Source: an uncultured Candidatus Micrarchaeota archaeon (GTDB lineage Archaea; Micrarchaeota; Micrarchaeia; Anstonellales; Bilamarchaeaceae). Taken from it: 64,000 nucleotides of DNA. The notes beneath the pieces were generated by a model. The model was given only the letters and a program-made list of their open reading frames with translations, did not search any database and was not told where the DNA came from. Every line of letters begins with the position of its first letter. Position 1 is the stretch's first letter. The stretch spans positions 1,440,001-1,504,000 of the forward strand of contig OY970229.1 in NCBI GenBank assembly GCA_963714085.1. The letters are read 5' to 3'. Below are positions 18,797-28,507 of this stretch, piece by piece. A program made the translations under genes and the position numbers.

Positions 18797-20437
18797 CTAT
18801 TTCTTCCTCAGCACCCGCGTGAACACGAGCCATGCCGCAACGATGAGCACGATGGCGCCCACCGCGATAACGACCGGGCTGGTGCCCTTGGAGCTGATGC
18901 TCAGTACCATGGAATAGTCTTTGTACCCCATCTTCTTGATGGCGAGCGTGTGGGTGCCGGCCGTGGCGATGGTGACGTTCAGCGAATTCCCGGCCGAGAA
19001 ATAGCTGGTCCCGTCCACGACGGCGCTGAAGCGGTCCACAGGGGAGCCGTCCACGGAGTCGTAGACGCGGATCGTGAGCGGGTCCCCGGCGAGCCCGGTG
19101 CCCGAAGTGGTCGGCACGAAATCCGACAGGCTCGCCGTCGCGTCGCGGGTCACGGTGATGGAGGTGAAATTGCCGTTCTCCTGCCCAGCCGAGTCAGCCA
19201 CCATGCAGGATATCGTGTTCAGCCCGGAGGCCATGGTCGCAGACGGGTCCACGTAGTACACCCAGGAGCCGTCCGCGCTTACGTTCGCGTTCTGCCACTG
19301 GCCCCTGTCCACGCTGACAAGCACGGACTGCGAGCCGGAGGCGGATACCGAGTTCCCGCTGATCTCGACCTCCTTGTAGCCCTCCACGCCCCCCTCTACC
19401 GGCGAGGTTATGGAGCAGGCCCTTTCGGTGGAATACGAGTATATGCCATCGTCCGCGGAGCCGAAGATGACGTGGTTCTGGTAGAAGAGGGGGTCTGCGA
19501 CCCAGCCGTCCACGGTGCCCATCCAGATGATGTTGCCGGTCGCAGCGTCTATGGCGTATATGCTGTTCGCTGTGCTGCCGACGAAGATGACCGCGTCGCC
19601 GCCCATCTCGCCCGGCTCGGGCTGCGTCTCGATGGCCAGCGGGGTCCTGCTCCTCCACCGCACGGCCCCGTCGCTCTGGTCCAGCGCGTACACGCTGCCG
19701 TCGTTGCTTCCGAAGTACACCGTGCCGTTCTCCACGAACGGGGTGGAAAGCACCCAGTCGCCGGTGTCGAACGACCATTTCTCTATGCCCGCGCTCAGGC
19801 TCAGGGCGTGCAGCTTATCATCCAGGCCGCCCACGTAGACGCTCTGCCCGTCCACCACAGGCTTGGAGAGCCACGTCCCGCCGACCGAGTGCTGCCATTC
19901 GGGCGCGCCGGTCTGGCTGGTCATCACCAGGCTGCCGCCTTCGTTGAATATCAGGCTGCTGCCCGACGCGGTTATCTGGCCGCTGACGTTTTCGGACGGG
20001 TGGATGTTCGTGACGTCTCCGGCAGTGCCTATCGCGAACACGCCCTGGGCGGTTGCCAGGAAGACCTTGCTCGCTGTGGCATCTATGCCGTATACGTACG
20101 TTACGTTCTCCGTGGCTGCCAGGTCGAACTGCTCCACGGCCGAGCCGTGCGTACCGAGCATGGTCACCTCGCCGTCCGTGGTCGCGACCACGAGGTTGTT
20201 CTGGGACAGGACCGGCTGCAGCGGCACGCCTTTGACGATGACTTTCCAGGTTACGGAGCCCGTGGTCGGGTTCAGGAGGAAGACCTCGCCCGCTGACGTG
20301 GCCACGGCTACGCCGCCTGCGAACGCCACTGGCTTTGTCGTGATCTCCCCGCCGGTGGCGACGTGCCATACCTGCGAGGCGGATACCAGCGACGGGAAGA
20401 ATACGAGGAAAGCCAGCAGGCAGAACAACTGTCTCAT
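18797..20437 (-). CDS. Exported PQQ-like beta-propeller (BamB-like) surface protein with C-terminal TM anchor
   Basis: Signal peptide, repeated VYxGSxDGxxYALD..G..W blades, Ig-like region and C-terminal TM plus basic tail. Confidence 0.85.
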   Translation of the reverse strand: MRQLFCLLAFLVFFPSLVSASQVWHVATGGEITTKPVAFAGGVAVATSAGEVFLLNPTTGSVTWKVIVKGVPLQPVLSQNNLVVATTDGEVTMLGTHGSAVEQFDLAATENVTYVYGIDATASKVFLATAQGVFAIGTAGDVTNIHPSENVSGQITASGSSLIFNEGGSLVMTSQTGAPEWQHSVGGTWLSKPVVDGQSVYVGGLDDKLHALSLSAGIEKWSFDTGDWVLSTPFVENGTVYFGSNDGSVYALDQSDGAVRWRSRTPLAIETQPEPGEMGGDAVIFVGSTANSIYAIDAATGNIIWMGTVDGWVADPLFYQNHVIFGSADDGIYSYSTERACSITSPVEGGVEGYKEVEISGNSVSASGSQSVLVSVDRGQWQNANVSADGSWVYYVDPSATMASGLNTISCMVADSAGQENGNFTSITVTRDATASLSDFVPTTSGTGLAGDPLTIRVYDSVDGSPVDRFSAVVDGTSYFSAGNSLNVTIATAGTHTLAIKKMGYKDYSMVLSISSKGTSPVVIAVGAIVLIVAAWLVFTRVLRKK

Positions 20438-20441
20438 GATC

Positions 20442-20921
20442 CTACCCCTTGAGCAGCGAATCATGCGCACCGGAATCTATCTCGCGCAGCACTGTCTTGG
20501 GGGGTTTGCCTTCGATGGTCACTCCAAGGCTCTGGCAGCTTCCCACCACTTCCTTGAGCGTGTCCTTGAGCGACTTCCCTAGCGAATTGCTCTTTGCTTT
20601 GGATATCTTCACGAGCTTCTCCAGCGTGATGTTGCCGGCCGGGGCCTCCCTGGTCCCTGCGCCCTTTTCTATGCCGGCCTCCTTCTTTATTAGCTCGGCC
20701 GTGGGCGGGGTCCCTACCTCGACCCTGTACTCCTTCTTCACGGTGTCGACGACGACCTTCACCGGGACCTTCATGCCCGAGAAGTCCTTGGTGGCGCTGT
20801 TTATGTCGGCCACGACCTTGCCCGCGTTTATCCCGAGCGGCCCGAGCGCCGGCCCGAGGGGCGGGCCCGCGGTCGCCTTGCCGCCGTCCACTATGACGTC
20901 TATGATCTTTTCCATGAGCAT
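20442..20921 (-). CDS. rpl11: 50S ribosomal protein uL11
   Basis: GGKATAGPPLGPALGPLG and GMKVPVKV. Confidence 0.97.
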   Translation of the reverse strand: MLMEKIIDVIVDGGKATAGPPLGPALGPLGINAGKVVADINSATKDFSGMKVPVKVVVDTVKKEYRVEVGTPPTAELIKKEAGIEKGAGTREAPAGNITLEKLVKISKAKSNSLGKSLKDTLKEVVGSCQSLGVTIEGKPPKTVLREIDSGAHDSLLKG

Positions 20922-20930
20922 ACGCCTCCT

Positions 20931-21257
20931 TCACTTGCTTAAGAGCTTGTTGATCTCCTCGAGCTGCTGCTCGGCTATCTCCTTGTTCAGGTCCACCATC
21001 TCGAGCTTGAGCCTCTCGCCTTCGAGCACGGCGTCCATCTCCGCGAGCCGCGCCTTGAGGGCGGTCCTCCGCAGCTCGTTCTTCTCCTCCTTGAGCTCGA
21101 CCTTCTCCACGACCTCGCGGTCCGCCTTTATCCTCTCCATGGCCCGTTCCACGAGCTTCTTGTTCACGGCGAGCTGCTTGAGCATCATCTTCGCCTGCTT
21201 CTCCCTGTACCGGAGCTGCTCCTCCATGTTCCTCTTCTGTTCGTCGGTCTGTTCCAT
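20931..21257 (-). CDS. Coiled-coil hypothetical protein
   Basis: E/K/L-rich 108-aa ORF with host-like codon use, 9 nt upstream of rpl11. Confidence 0.7.
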   Translation of the reverse strand: MEQTDEQKRNMEEQLRYREKQAKMMLKQLAVNKKLVERAMERIKADREVVEKVELKEEKNELRRTALKARLAEMDAVLEGERLKLEMVDLNKEIAEQQLEEINKLLSK

Positions 21258-21319
21258 CGGTATCTACCCTTTACGTCAGTGACTGGTTATACATCAGAAA
21301 AAGTTATAAACATGCGCGA

Positions 21320-22012
21320 CTAGCCCCACCCTTCGAGGTGCACCCTCTTCTGGTCCGCGCCCATGCCTATAACGCACTCCCTAAGGGCGGTGGCCATTGC
21401 CATCGGGCCGCAGATGAACCAGTCGTATTCCTTCGGGTCGGCCACGAACTCTCGCAGGAACGTCTCCCCTATGCGGCCGCACCTGCCTGCCCATCCGGCC
21501 GGCTCCTCCCTGGTGAGCGTCAGCACGACCTTGAGCGAAGGGTTCTTCTTCTCGAGCTTGAGCAGCTCCTCATGGTAGAGCAGGGATTTCCTGTTCCTGG
21601 CGGAATAGAAGACCAGGAAGCTGCCCTTCCTCTTCTTCTGCACTACGTTCCGCACCATGGACATCACAGGCGCTATGCCGGTGCCGCCGCATACGAACGC
21701 GCACTTGTCCCCCTCGCAGGGCGCCGCGCCCATCGGGCCTTCTATGCCGACCACGGCGCCTTTTTCCAGCAGCGCCAGCTTGGAGGTGAATCTTCCGCCC
21801 ACCATCTTTATGCAGAACTCGAGGTCAGGGGAATCAGGCGCGGACGCGATGGAGTACGGCCGCTTGTCCAAGGAGGCGCCGTTGCCGTCCAGCAGGTGCA
21901 TCATCGCGAACTGGCCCGCCTTGTACAAGAGCCTCTCGCCCACGGGCTCCATGGCGAACACGCGTATGCCGTCCGCTGCCTCGCGGACTTCCGCTATCCT
22001 GTACCTGAGCAT
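21320..22012 (-). CDS. FAD/NAD(P)-binding oxidoreductase (FNR family)
   Basis: GQF, RPYSIAS, GGTGIAP, ICGP and C-terminal EGW. Confidence 0.9.
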   Translation of the reverse strand: MLRYRIAEVREAADGIRVFAMEPVGERLLYKAGQFAMMHLLDGNGASLDKRPYSIASAPDSPDLEFCIKMVGGRFTSKLALLEKGAVVGIEGPMGAAPCEGDKCAFVCGGTGIAPVMSMVRNVVQKKRKGSFLVFYSARNRKSLLYHEELLKLEKKNPSLKVVLTLTREEPAGWAGRCGRIGETFLREFVADPKEYDWFICGPMAMATALRECVIGMGADQKRVHLEGWG

Positions 22013-22064
22013 CGGACTACCTTTGCGCATAAAGCTTATAAAATGCGTCTCCGATATGCGTAGC

Positions 22065-22799
22065 ATGTCAGAGCTCTCTCGCGCCATAAGGTATTCGTTC
22101 GACTTCTACACCAAGCGACTGGGCATCATAGTGCTCTTCTCCATACCGTTCCTGCTGGCGTTCGCCATACTCTCGCTGGTCTCCGCGCCCACGTACATCG
22201 CGCTCGGCGGGCTCTTCAGCAGGACCGGCTCGATCCCGGACCTCTCGCTCCTTGACATAGTCATCATAGCGGTCGCCTACATAGTCTCGTTCTTCATAAT
22301 CGCGGACGCGGTCACGAATGTGAATCTGATAACCCGCTCCCAGCGCACCCTGACCATCACATCCAGGGAGGTGGTTGCCGCCGCGGGCAGGTACGCGATA
22401 CGCATATTCTACATATACACGCTCATGCTGCTCGTAATATTCATCGCGCAGCTCCTGCTTTACGGCAACGCGCTCAGTTCGTGGCTCTTCCCGCTCTTCG
22501 TCCTGGCGCTCTCGTCGCTGCTCTTCTTCATGGCGCCGGCGGTCGTCATAGACGAGGAGGACAGCGCGGGCGCGATACGCAAGTCCGTGGCCATGGCGCT
22601 CCGGAAGCCGCTCCTGATACTCGCGTGGGCGGTGATCGGCCTCGTCGCGCTCTCGGTCCCGAAGGTCGTCTTCGACCTGCTGCTGCCCCACTGGATCGCG
22701 GTATACCTGGTCTTCCTGGTGAACTCGCTCTTCGTGCTCCCGTTCCTGCTCGTGCTCCAGACGCAGCTGTACATGGAGAAGTACCCGCTGGCGAAGTAG
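22065..22799 (+). CDS. Multi-pass membrane protein
   Basis: About six TM segments; divergent TATA region at 22030-22045. Confidence 0.75.
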   Translation: MSELSRAIRYSFDFYTKRLGIIVLFSIPFLLAFAILSLVSAPTYIALGGLFSRTGSIPDLSLLDIVIIAVAYIVSFFIIADAVTNVNLITRSQRTLTITSREVVAAAGRYAIRIFYIYTLMLLVIFIAQLLLYGNALSSWLFPLFVLALSSLLFFMAPAVVIDEEDSAGAIRKSVAMALRKPLLILAWAVIGLVALSVPKVVFDLLLPHWIAVYLVFLVNSLFVLPFLLVLQTQLYMEKYPLAK

Positions 22800-22814
22800 C
22801 GCCCTTGCGACGCG

Positions 22815-23477
22815 TCAAACAGGCTCCAAGATGCTTGTGTACCTGACGGACGGCCAGCCGTAGAGGTATACGAACCGCCTGAAGTAGTCGCCGCCGTATA
22901 CCCCGCAGGAGACGAGGCCGACGACAGCGGAATCCGGGACGACTATCGTGACGCTCTCGTCACCGACCTGCTCCAACAGCCCGCCTTTCCTATTATTTAT
23001 CCTGAACGGGCGTGCCTGGCCCCTGAACCTCACGATGACCACGTCCGCCCTGAGCATGCCATCCTCATCCGCTATCGGCATGCCGCTTCCCGAGTCCAGG
23101 AGATCGAGCAGGGGCTTTCCGCTAGGAGCGAATCCCTGGTCGCAGAACAGCACGGTGTCTTCTTCAAGGCGCAACTGCCCCGGGTCCGGCTCGAAGACGA
23201 CCTTCTTCCTCATACCGTGGTAGTCGCATTCCGTCCTCATCTGCTTCCGAAGCGGCTTGCCCGGATCCCCGACCACGCCGAGAGTCCCGGTATGGAACGG
23301 CCTCGCACGGACGATCTCCGGAGGGACCGGTTTCAATCTGCCAGGTTGGTCCGTACCAAGCAGCACTTCCTTATACCATGGCTGCGGCCTGACCCGCCTG
23401 TGCTTCATATTGCCGTGGTGGACGGTCTCCAGCCAGGTCTGCCTGCGGACCATCTCCAATCCATTATCGATACCCAT
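22815..23477 (-). CDS. Hypothetical protein with Tyr/Gly-rich C-terminus (possible CLec-fold)
   Basis: 220-aa ORF with AT-rich promoter region upstream; ends GVYGGDYFRRFVYLYGWPSVRY. Confidence 0.6.
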   Translation of the reverse strand: MGIDNGLEMVRRQTWLETVHHGNMKHRRVRPQPWYKEVLLGTDQPGRLKPVPPEIVRARPFHTGTLGVVGDPGKPLRKQMRTECDYHGMRKKVVFEPDPGQLRLEEDTVLFCDQGFAPSGKPLLDLLDSGSGMPIADEDGMLRADVVIVRFRGQARPFRINNRKGGLLEQVGDESVTIVVPDSAVVGLVSCGVYGGDYFRRFVYLYGWPSVRYTSILEPV

Positions 23478-23622
23478 AGACGCGTTCCCCTTGCGGATTA
23501 TGTCGTTACTTTAGTATATTATGAGTATATATTAAGAATCCGTCTTTTACGACAAATAACGGCTCGATGCCAATGCCGCCGCGGATTCCATTTTTAAAAA
23601 GCTTCCCTCCGAAAGCCCACCT

Positions 23623-24621
23623 ATGCCAAAGAGATCGCAGACCGAAAGCCGCAAGAGGGACCATATTCAGATAGCGCTGGAGAACGACGTGCAGTACTCC
23701 CGCACCACCGGACTCGAGAGGGCGGAGCTCCTGCACAACGCGCTCCCGGAGGTGGATTTCGACTCCGTGGACCTCTCCGTGAAATTCCTGGGGAAGAAGA
23801 TCTCATACCCCCTGCTGATCTCAGCCATGACCGGCGGCTATCCTGAGGCGAGGAAGATCAACGAGGAGCTGGCCGAAGCCGCGCAGAAGCACAACATCGC
23901 GTTCGCGCTCGGCTCCCAGCGCGCCATGCTCGAGAACCCGGCCATCAAGGAGACGTACCAGGTGAGGCACGTCGCCCCGGACATCCCGGTCATAGGCAAC
24001 ATAGGCGCGATACAGCTCAAGACCTGCCCGATAGACAAGGTGCTCGGCCTCGTCTCCGCCGTGGAGGCGGACGCCCTGGCGGTGCACTTCAACCCGCTGC
24101 AGGAGGTCATACAGCCGGAGGGCGACCGGGACTTCTCCGGCGTGCTCGCAGCGATCACGAAGCTGTGCGAGAGCTCCGACGTCCCGATAATCGCGAAGGA
24201 GACTGGGACGGGCATATCCCAGGACGTGGCGCTCAAGCTGAAAGACGCGGGCGTGGCCTGGATAGACGTCGCCGGAGCCGGCGGAACGTCCTGGTCCAAG
24301 GTGGAGTACGCGCGCAACGGAGCGACGCCGGGCTTCGAGGAGTGGGGGATACCCACCTTCGAGTCGCTCATCCAGTGCAGGGGCGTGCTCCCCATGATCG
24401 CGAGCGGCGGCATAAGGAGCGGCATAGACGTCGCGAAGTCCATAGCGCTCGGCGCGGAGCTCTCCGGCGCCGCATACCCGTTCCTCAAGGCCCTGGACCG
24501 CAGCCAGGCCAAGCTCGACGAGACGCTCAGCCTCTGGGAGGCGCAGATGAAGAAGGCCGCGTTCCTCACAGGCTGCAGGACGGTCGAGGACCTGAAGAAG
24601 GCGAAGATGGTGCTGCGCTGA
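23623..24621 (+). CDS. fni: Type 2 isopentenyl-diphosphate delta-isomerase
   Basis: RKRDH, AMTGG, GSQRA, NPLQE..QPEGD, KETG and GAGGTSW motifs. Confidence 0.96.
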   Translation: MPKRSQTESRKRDHIQIALENDVQYSRTTGLERAELLHNALPEVDFDSVDLSVKFLGKKISYPLLISAMTGGYPEARKINEELAEAAQKHNIAFALGSQRAMLENPAIKETYQVRHVAPDIPVIGNIGAIQLKTCPIDKVLGLVSAVEADALAVHFNPLQEVIQPEGDRDFSGVLAAITKLCESSDVPIIAKETGTGISQDVALKLKDAGVAWIDVAGAGGTSWSKVEYARNGATPGFEEWGIPTFESLIQCRGVLPMIASGGIRSGIDVAKSIALGAELSGAAYPFLKALDRSQAKLDETLSLWEAQMKKAAFLTGCRTVEDLKKAKMVLR

Positions 24622-24695
24622 GCGCCGGCCTCCCTTGTCTGTGTCAAAACGTGTAAAATGATACTTTTAATAATGGTTTCAGCTAATCTACAGTC

Positions 24696-26366
24696 ATGGC
24701 TAAGCCAGCCGAACCGATCCGCGTCGCGCGCTACCTGCCCCAGATGCAGAAAGACGTAGACAAGGCCAGGGACACATACCGGAGGCTGGATGCCGAGCCG
24801 TTTTTCGACCACCACGTGCTCCCGGTGCTTGATTACGCCGTAGGGGAGACGATGGTGACCGCGTCCGAAGTGGAGAAACCCAAAGAGAAGCTCAACCGCG
24901 AGCTCGAGCTCCTGATACTCTACAACCGTATCCTGGACATATCCTCCGTCCCCTGGGGGAACATCATAGGCCAGGACATCAAGGGATGCCGCGCCCTGCG
25001 CTCGCTGGACGCGGATCCGGACCGCGACTGGGCGGATTACGCGAAGTTCCTGCGCAGGAAGGACGGCTCAATGCCGCGCGCAGTGCTCGCGGTGCTGGCC
25101 GAGAAGGGGTGCTACCATGAGCTCAAGCCCCCGATATTCTACGGGATGGATCCCCGGAGCGCGCCGGGGGTGGACATCCCGCGCGACCTGGAGCAGGATA
25201 TGAGGGCGAGCGCCGAGCCGAACCTGGCGGTCTGGCGCAAGATAGCGAACCTCCTGGGCTACCATGACGCCTATAACAGCATAGGGGCCAGCGCGCTCCA
25301 ATACATAGAGAGGTTCCAGCCGCTCATAGCCGAGGCCAAGAAGGAGAGGGCGAGGCTCGCCCAGGCCATAAGCCGCACCGCGGAGGCGCTCAGGAACCTC
25401 CTCGCCAAGGTGTGCGACGACCTCAGCGCGTGCGGAGTGCGCTACGTCATAGAGACGAGGGGGGAGAAAGGCGAGGCCAGCCAGGTCCTGAAGCTGAAGA
25501 AATACCGCGACAAGAAGCAGAGGAAAGCCGGCGAGAAGGGCGTAGGGCGTAACTGCAGCGTCCTGGTGACCAACGACAACGTCGCGGCGAGGATCATAAT
25601 AGCGCGGAGCGAATGTGCCATGACCGAGAACCTCGCAGGTGTGCGCACCGCGGAGAAGGTCCTTTTCGAGCAGGCCGAGATGCTCAGGCAGGATGGTGTT
25701 TTCCCATACTTGGACGTGAAGCTAAAAGATTATATCGTGAGGCCGAAGCCGAACGGCTACCGCGCAGACCACCACGACATCAGGATGGTGGCCCACGGGG
25801 ACAGGAATACAGCGTACGTCAATGTGGAGGTGCAGGTGCTCACCCAGGAGATGTACGACTTCAACATGCACGGAGGCGCCGCCCACATCGTATACAAGGG
25901 GACTGACCAGGAGAGCGCGGCCGGCATGGGGCAGATACGGTCCACGCTGCTCGACAACTGGCAGCGCCTGCTCCACGACCTCGAGACCATGAGGGGCAGC
26001 GGGTCGGGCACGATGTACCAGCCGTTCCCGCGCTCGGCTGCCAAGCCTGTGACTGCCACGGTCATGGTCCGGGTGCAGAGGAACGGGGCGATGGAGCGGT
26101 TCCAGGTCGCCCACGAGGCCGGGGACCGGGCGCTCGACGTCCTGGCCAGGAGCGGGCTGGATATAAGCAGCTATGCGTTCAATGAAGGCCAGTCCGTCTC
26201 AGACAAGATCGCCCCGGGCGGGACCTTGCACGTGGTGTACAAGCCGGATACCGTGAGCCCCGCGCTGGCTGACTGGTTGCGCCGCTCGACGGCCCCGTAC
26301 AAGACATTCACCCGCACCAGGCTTGCCGAGATCTCCCGCGAGGCCGGCAGGAAGAAACGGGGCTAG
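24696..26366 (+). CDS. Divergent RelA/SpoT-like (p)ppNpp synthetase-domain protein
   Basis: KxxxSxxxK, DNVAARII, KDYIVRPKPNGY..H, VEVQ.LT and GGAAH.YK motifs, followed by TGS-like and DWL segments. Confidence 0.8.
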   Translation: MAKPAEPIRVARYLPQMQKDVDKARDTYRRLDAEPFFDHHVLPVLDYAVGETMVTASEVEKPKEKLNRELELLILYNRILDISSVPWGNIIGQDIKGCRALRSLDADPDRDWADYAKFLRRKDGSMPRAVLAVLAEKGCYHELKPPIFYGMDPRSAPGVDIPRDLEQDMRASAEPNLAVWRKIANLLGYHDAYNSIGASALQYIERFQPLIAEAKKERARLAQAISRTAEALRNLLAKVCDDLSACGVRYVIETRGEKGEASQVLKLKKYRDKKQRKAGEKGVGRNCSVLVTNDNVAARIIIARSECAMTENLAGVRTAEKVLFEQAEMLRQDGVFPYLDVKLKDYIVRPKPNGYRADHHDIRMVAHGDRNTAYVNVEVQVLTQEMYDFNMHGGAAHIVYKGTDQESAAGMGQIRSTLLDNWQRLLHDLETMRGSGSGTMYQPFPRSAAKPVTATVMVRVQRNGAMERFQVAHEAGDRALDVLARSGLDISSYAFNEGQSVSDKIAPGGTLHVVYKPDTVSPALADWLRRSTAPYKTFTRTRLAEISREAGRKKRG

Positions 26367-26396
26367 ACTCCCCGCTTCACTTGGCCCTGCCCATCG

Positions 26397-27815
26397 TCAC
26401 AAGCCCAGTTCATGCCCTGAGGACAGAAGCCGCATCTCGTGCTCTCTCTTCAACCGGGCGCGTTCAATCTCGACGGCGTTCTTCAACAATCTGACTTTCC
26501 GTTCTTTTAACCCCAGGTCAAGCTCGCTTATGGGTTGGATCAGGTAATGCCCTCCTTTCACGAGCCAGCTGAAGACGCCGGAACCGATACACGTTGCAGC
26601 CACCGCGCCTACGATACAGCCAGTGATTTTAAAAACGGTCGGACCCAGTATCAGCGTCATAAGCCCCATCGGGATCCCTACCATCGTTCCGAACAACGTG
26701 CCCTTGGCCAGCATAAAGGAGTTTTCGCTGGCTCTGTTTACCTTCGTCTCCAGCGAATAATAGAAAAATTCTCGTTTTCTCTGTATCTCTTTCGCCTTCG
26801 CGAGCCTGATCCCGCAATCCTGCGCCGTTTCCTCCATGATGGCGATCCTCAGGTATTTGGACATCTCCTCGCAGGAAGCGTATCTTCTATCCGTGGCGGC
26901 CTGCAGCGAGTTCTCGAGTATCTTGCGCAGCGGGCCCTTGACATCCTTGGGAATGACATACCTGTCCGCGCCGCGGTCGTGGATGTCGAAGGCGTCCTGC
27001 CCGGTCAGGGCATAGAGCAGCGTCGCGCCGACGCAGAACAGGTCGGTCTGCTCGCACGGGCCGGTCAGCGCGTCCATGGGGGCGAATCCCGGGGAGAAGA
27101 AGCAGGTCGTCATCTGGGTGCAGGTGTCACGGTCCTCCTTCACATCTTGCATGTAGGCGGCTCCCAGGTCTATCAGTTTCACGCCGCGCACCTTGGCGTC
27201 CTTCAGATCCACGATGATATTGGACGGCTTGACATCGCGGTGCACCACGCCAGCGGAGTGCATGCAGGAGAGGGCATCGAGGACCTGGGACATCACGTCC
27301 AGGAGCTGGAGCCTGGTCAGGGCCCCATTCTTCAGCAGGGCTTCGAGCGACTCGCCTTCCGCCCATTCCCTCTCCAGACGGATGGTGCCGTCTTCATCCT
27401 CGACCGGCGCCCCGAAATACTTCAGGAGGCCGGGATGCTCCTTGCTGACGGCCTGGATTCGTTGCGACGCCATGTGCTCCCGCTCCGGAAGCGAGAGCGG
27501 CTTCCAGCTGCGTTTGGTGCCGTCGCTCCCGTCCGGTTCCGGGGCTCCCCTCTTGCAATGTTCCAGCGTGACCTCTTTTACTGCCGTGATCAAGCCCCGG
27601 TCGTTTGCAACTTTGTAGATGTTCGCGTTGCGGCCCGGAATCTTCTGGATGACTATCTTGCCCAGGACCCGCCGCACGTCCGTGAGGGGTTCTGTTCTGG
27701 AGATCGGCGTCAGGGCATAGCGATGGCCCTGGGCGTCGGAGATGACGTCCCTTCCGCCCTCTTTCGAAAGGCGCGCCGTCCTCACATCCAGGAGGAACTT
27801 CTGATTTTCAGCCAT
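26397..27815 (-). CDS. Hanks-type Ser/Thr protein kinase with C-terminal TM hairpin
   Basis: AVKE, HRDVKPSNI, IDLG and DLFCVG; two hydrophobic helices near the C-terminus. Confidence 0.85.
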   Translation of the reverse strand: MAENQKFLLDVRTARLSKEGGRDVISDAQGHRYALTPISRTEPLTDVRRVLGKIVIQKIPGRNANIYKVANDRGLITAVKEVTLEHCKRGAPEPDGSDGTKRSWKPLSLPEREHMASQRIQAVSKEHPGLLKYFGAPVEDEDGTIRLEREWAEGESLEALLKNGALTRLQLLDVMSQVLDALSCMHSAGVVHRDVKPSNIIVDLKDAKVRGVKLIDLGAAYMQDVKEDRDTCTQMTTCFFSPGFAPMDALTGPCEQTDLFCVGATLLYALTGQDAFDIHDRGADRYVIPKDVKGPLRKILENSLQAATDRRYASCEEMSKYLRIAIMEETAQDCGIRLAKAKEIQRKREFFYYSLETKVNRASENSFMLAKGTLFGTMVGIPMGLMTLILGPTVFKITGCIVGAVAATCIGSGVFSWLVKGGHYLIQPISELDLGLKERKVRLLKNAVEIERARLKREHEMRLLSSGHELGL

Positions 27816-27879
27816 AAAATACCATAAATATAATGGGTTGAAGGATATAAGAACTTATGGTCATCGCACGGTCAGGATG

Positions 27880-28377
27880 TCAGACGCCCCTGAACTCGTC
27901 CATCTCCTTCACGACGTTGAGCACCATGTTCGTGTTCGTCTTCTCCACGTGCTGTATGGCGAGTATGCGCTTGACCAGGGCGCTGAGCTCGGACCTGGAC
28001 TTGCACATGAGGATCGCTATCGAGTCGTACTGGCCGGTGACGTCGTAGACCGCCGCCACGCCATGGAGCTTCGCTATCTTCTCCTGCACGTCGAGCAGCG
28101 AGCCGTGCGATATGGATATCTGCACAATCGCCATAAACTCGTAGCCGAGCCTGAGGAAATCCAACCTCGCGGAGTAGCCCTTTACGTAGCCGCTCCCCTC
28201 CAGCTTCCTCACCCTCTCCATGAGCGAGGCGGGGCTGAGGCCCACGGATTCGGCCAGCTGCCGGTACGAGCGCCTGCAGTCCTCCCGCAATTCCTCGATT
28301 ATCTTCCTGTCCACGGCATCCATTTGTTCGGATTTCATCGGTTTCGCCCCATCATCACAGAACATTTGTTCATTCAT
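27880..28377 (-). CDS. Lrp/AsnC transcriptional regulator
   Basis: DxxDRKII..L..D.R.S..QLA HTH and YDVTGQYD RAM domain; divergent from glnA. Confidence 0.92.
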   Translation of the reverse strand: MNEQMFCDDGAKPMKSEQMDAVDRKIIEELREDCRRSYRQLAESVGLSPASLMERVRKLEGSGYVKGYSARLDFLRLGYEFMAIVQISISHGSLLDVQEKIAKLHGVAAVYDVTGQYDSIAILMCKSRSELSALVKRILAIQHVEKTNTNMVLNVVKEMDEFRGV

Positions 28378-28507
28378 TTTTTAAACAATCCTGTCAAATG
28401 AAAGGCAAAACCGAGAAAAATATTAAATACGGCATGCGACGAAAAACGCGTAACAATTAAAAGGTTGGGGGCATCGATAAGGAAGGTTTGACTCAGAGGC
28501 TGGAAAA

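Noticed and set aside
18778..18797. CTGATGA as a hammerhead ribozyme core (also at 52145)
   Set aside because: No stem-GAAA follows; both are simple hairpins at gene ends
20442..20921. rpl11 separated from rpl1-P0-P1
   Set aside because: Splitting of this cluster is known in several archaea and is not remarkable
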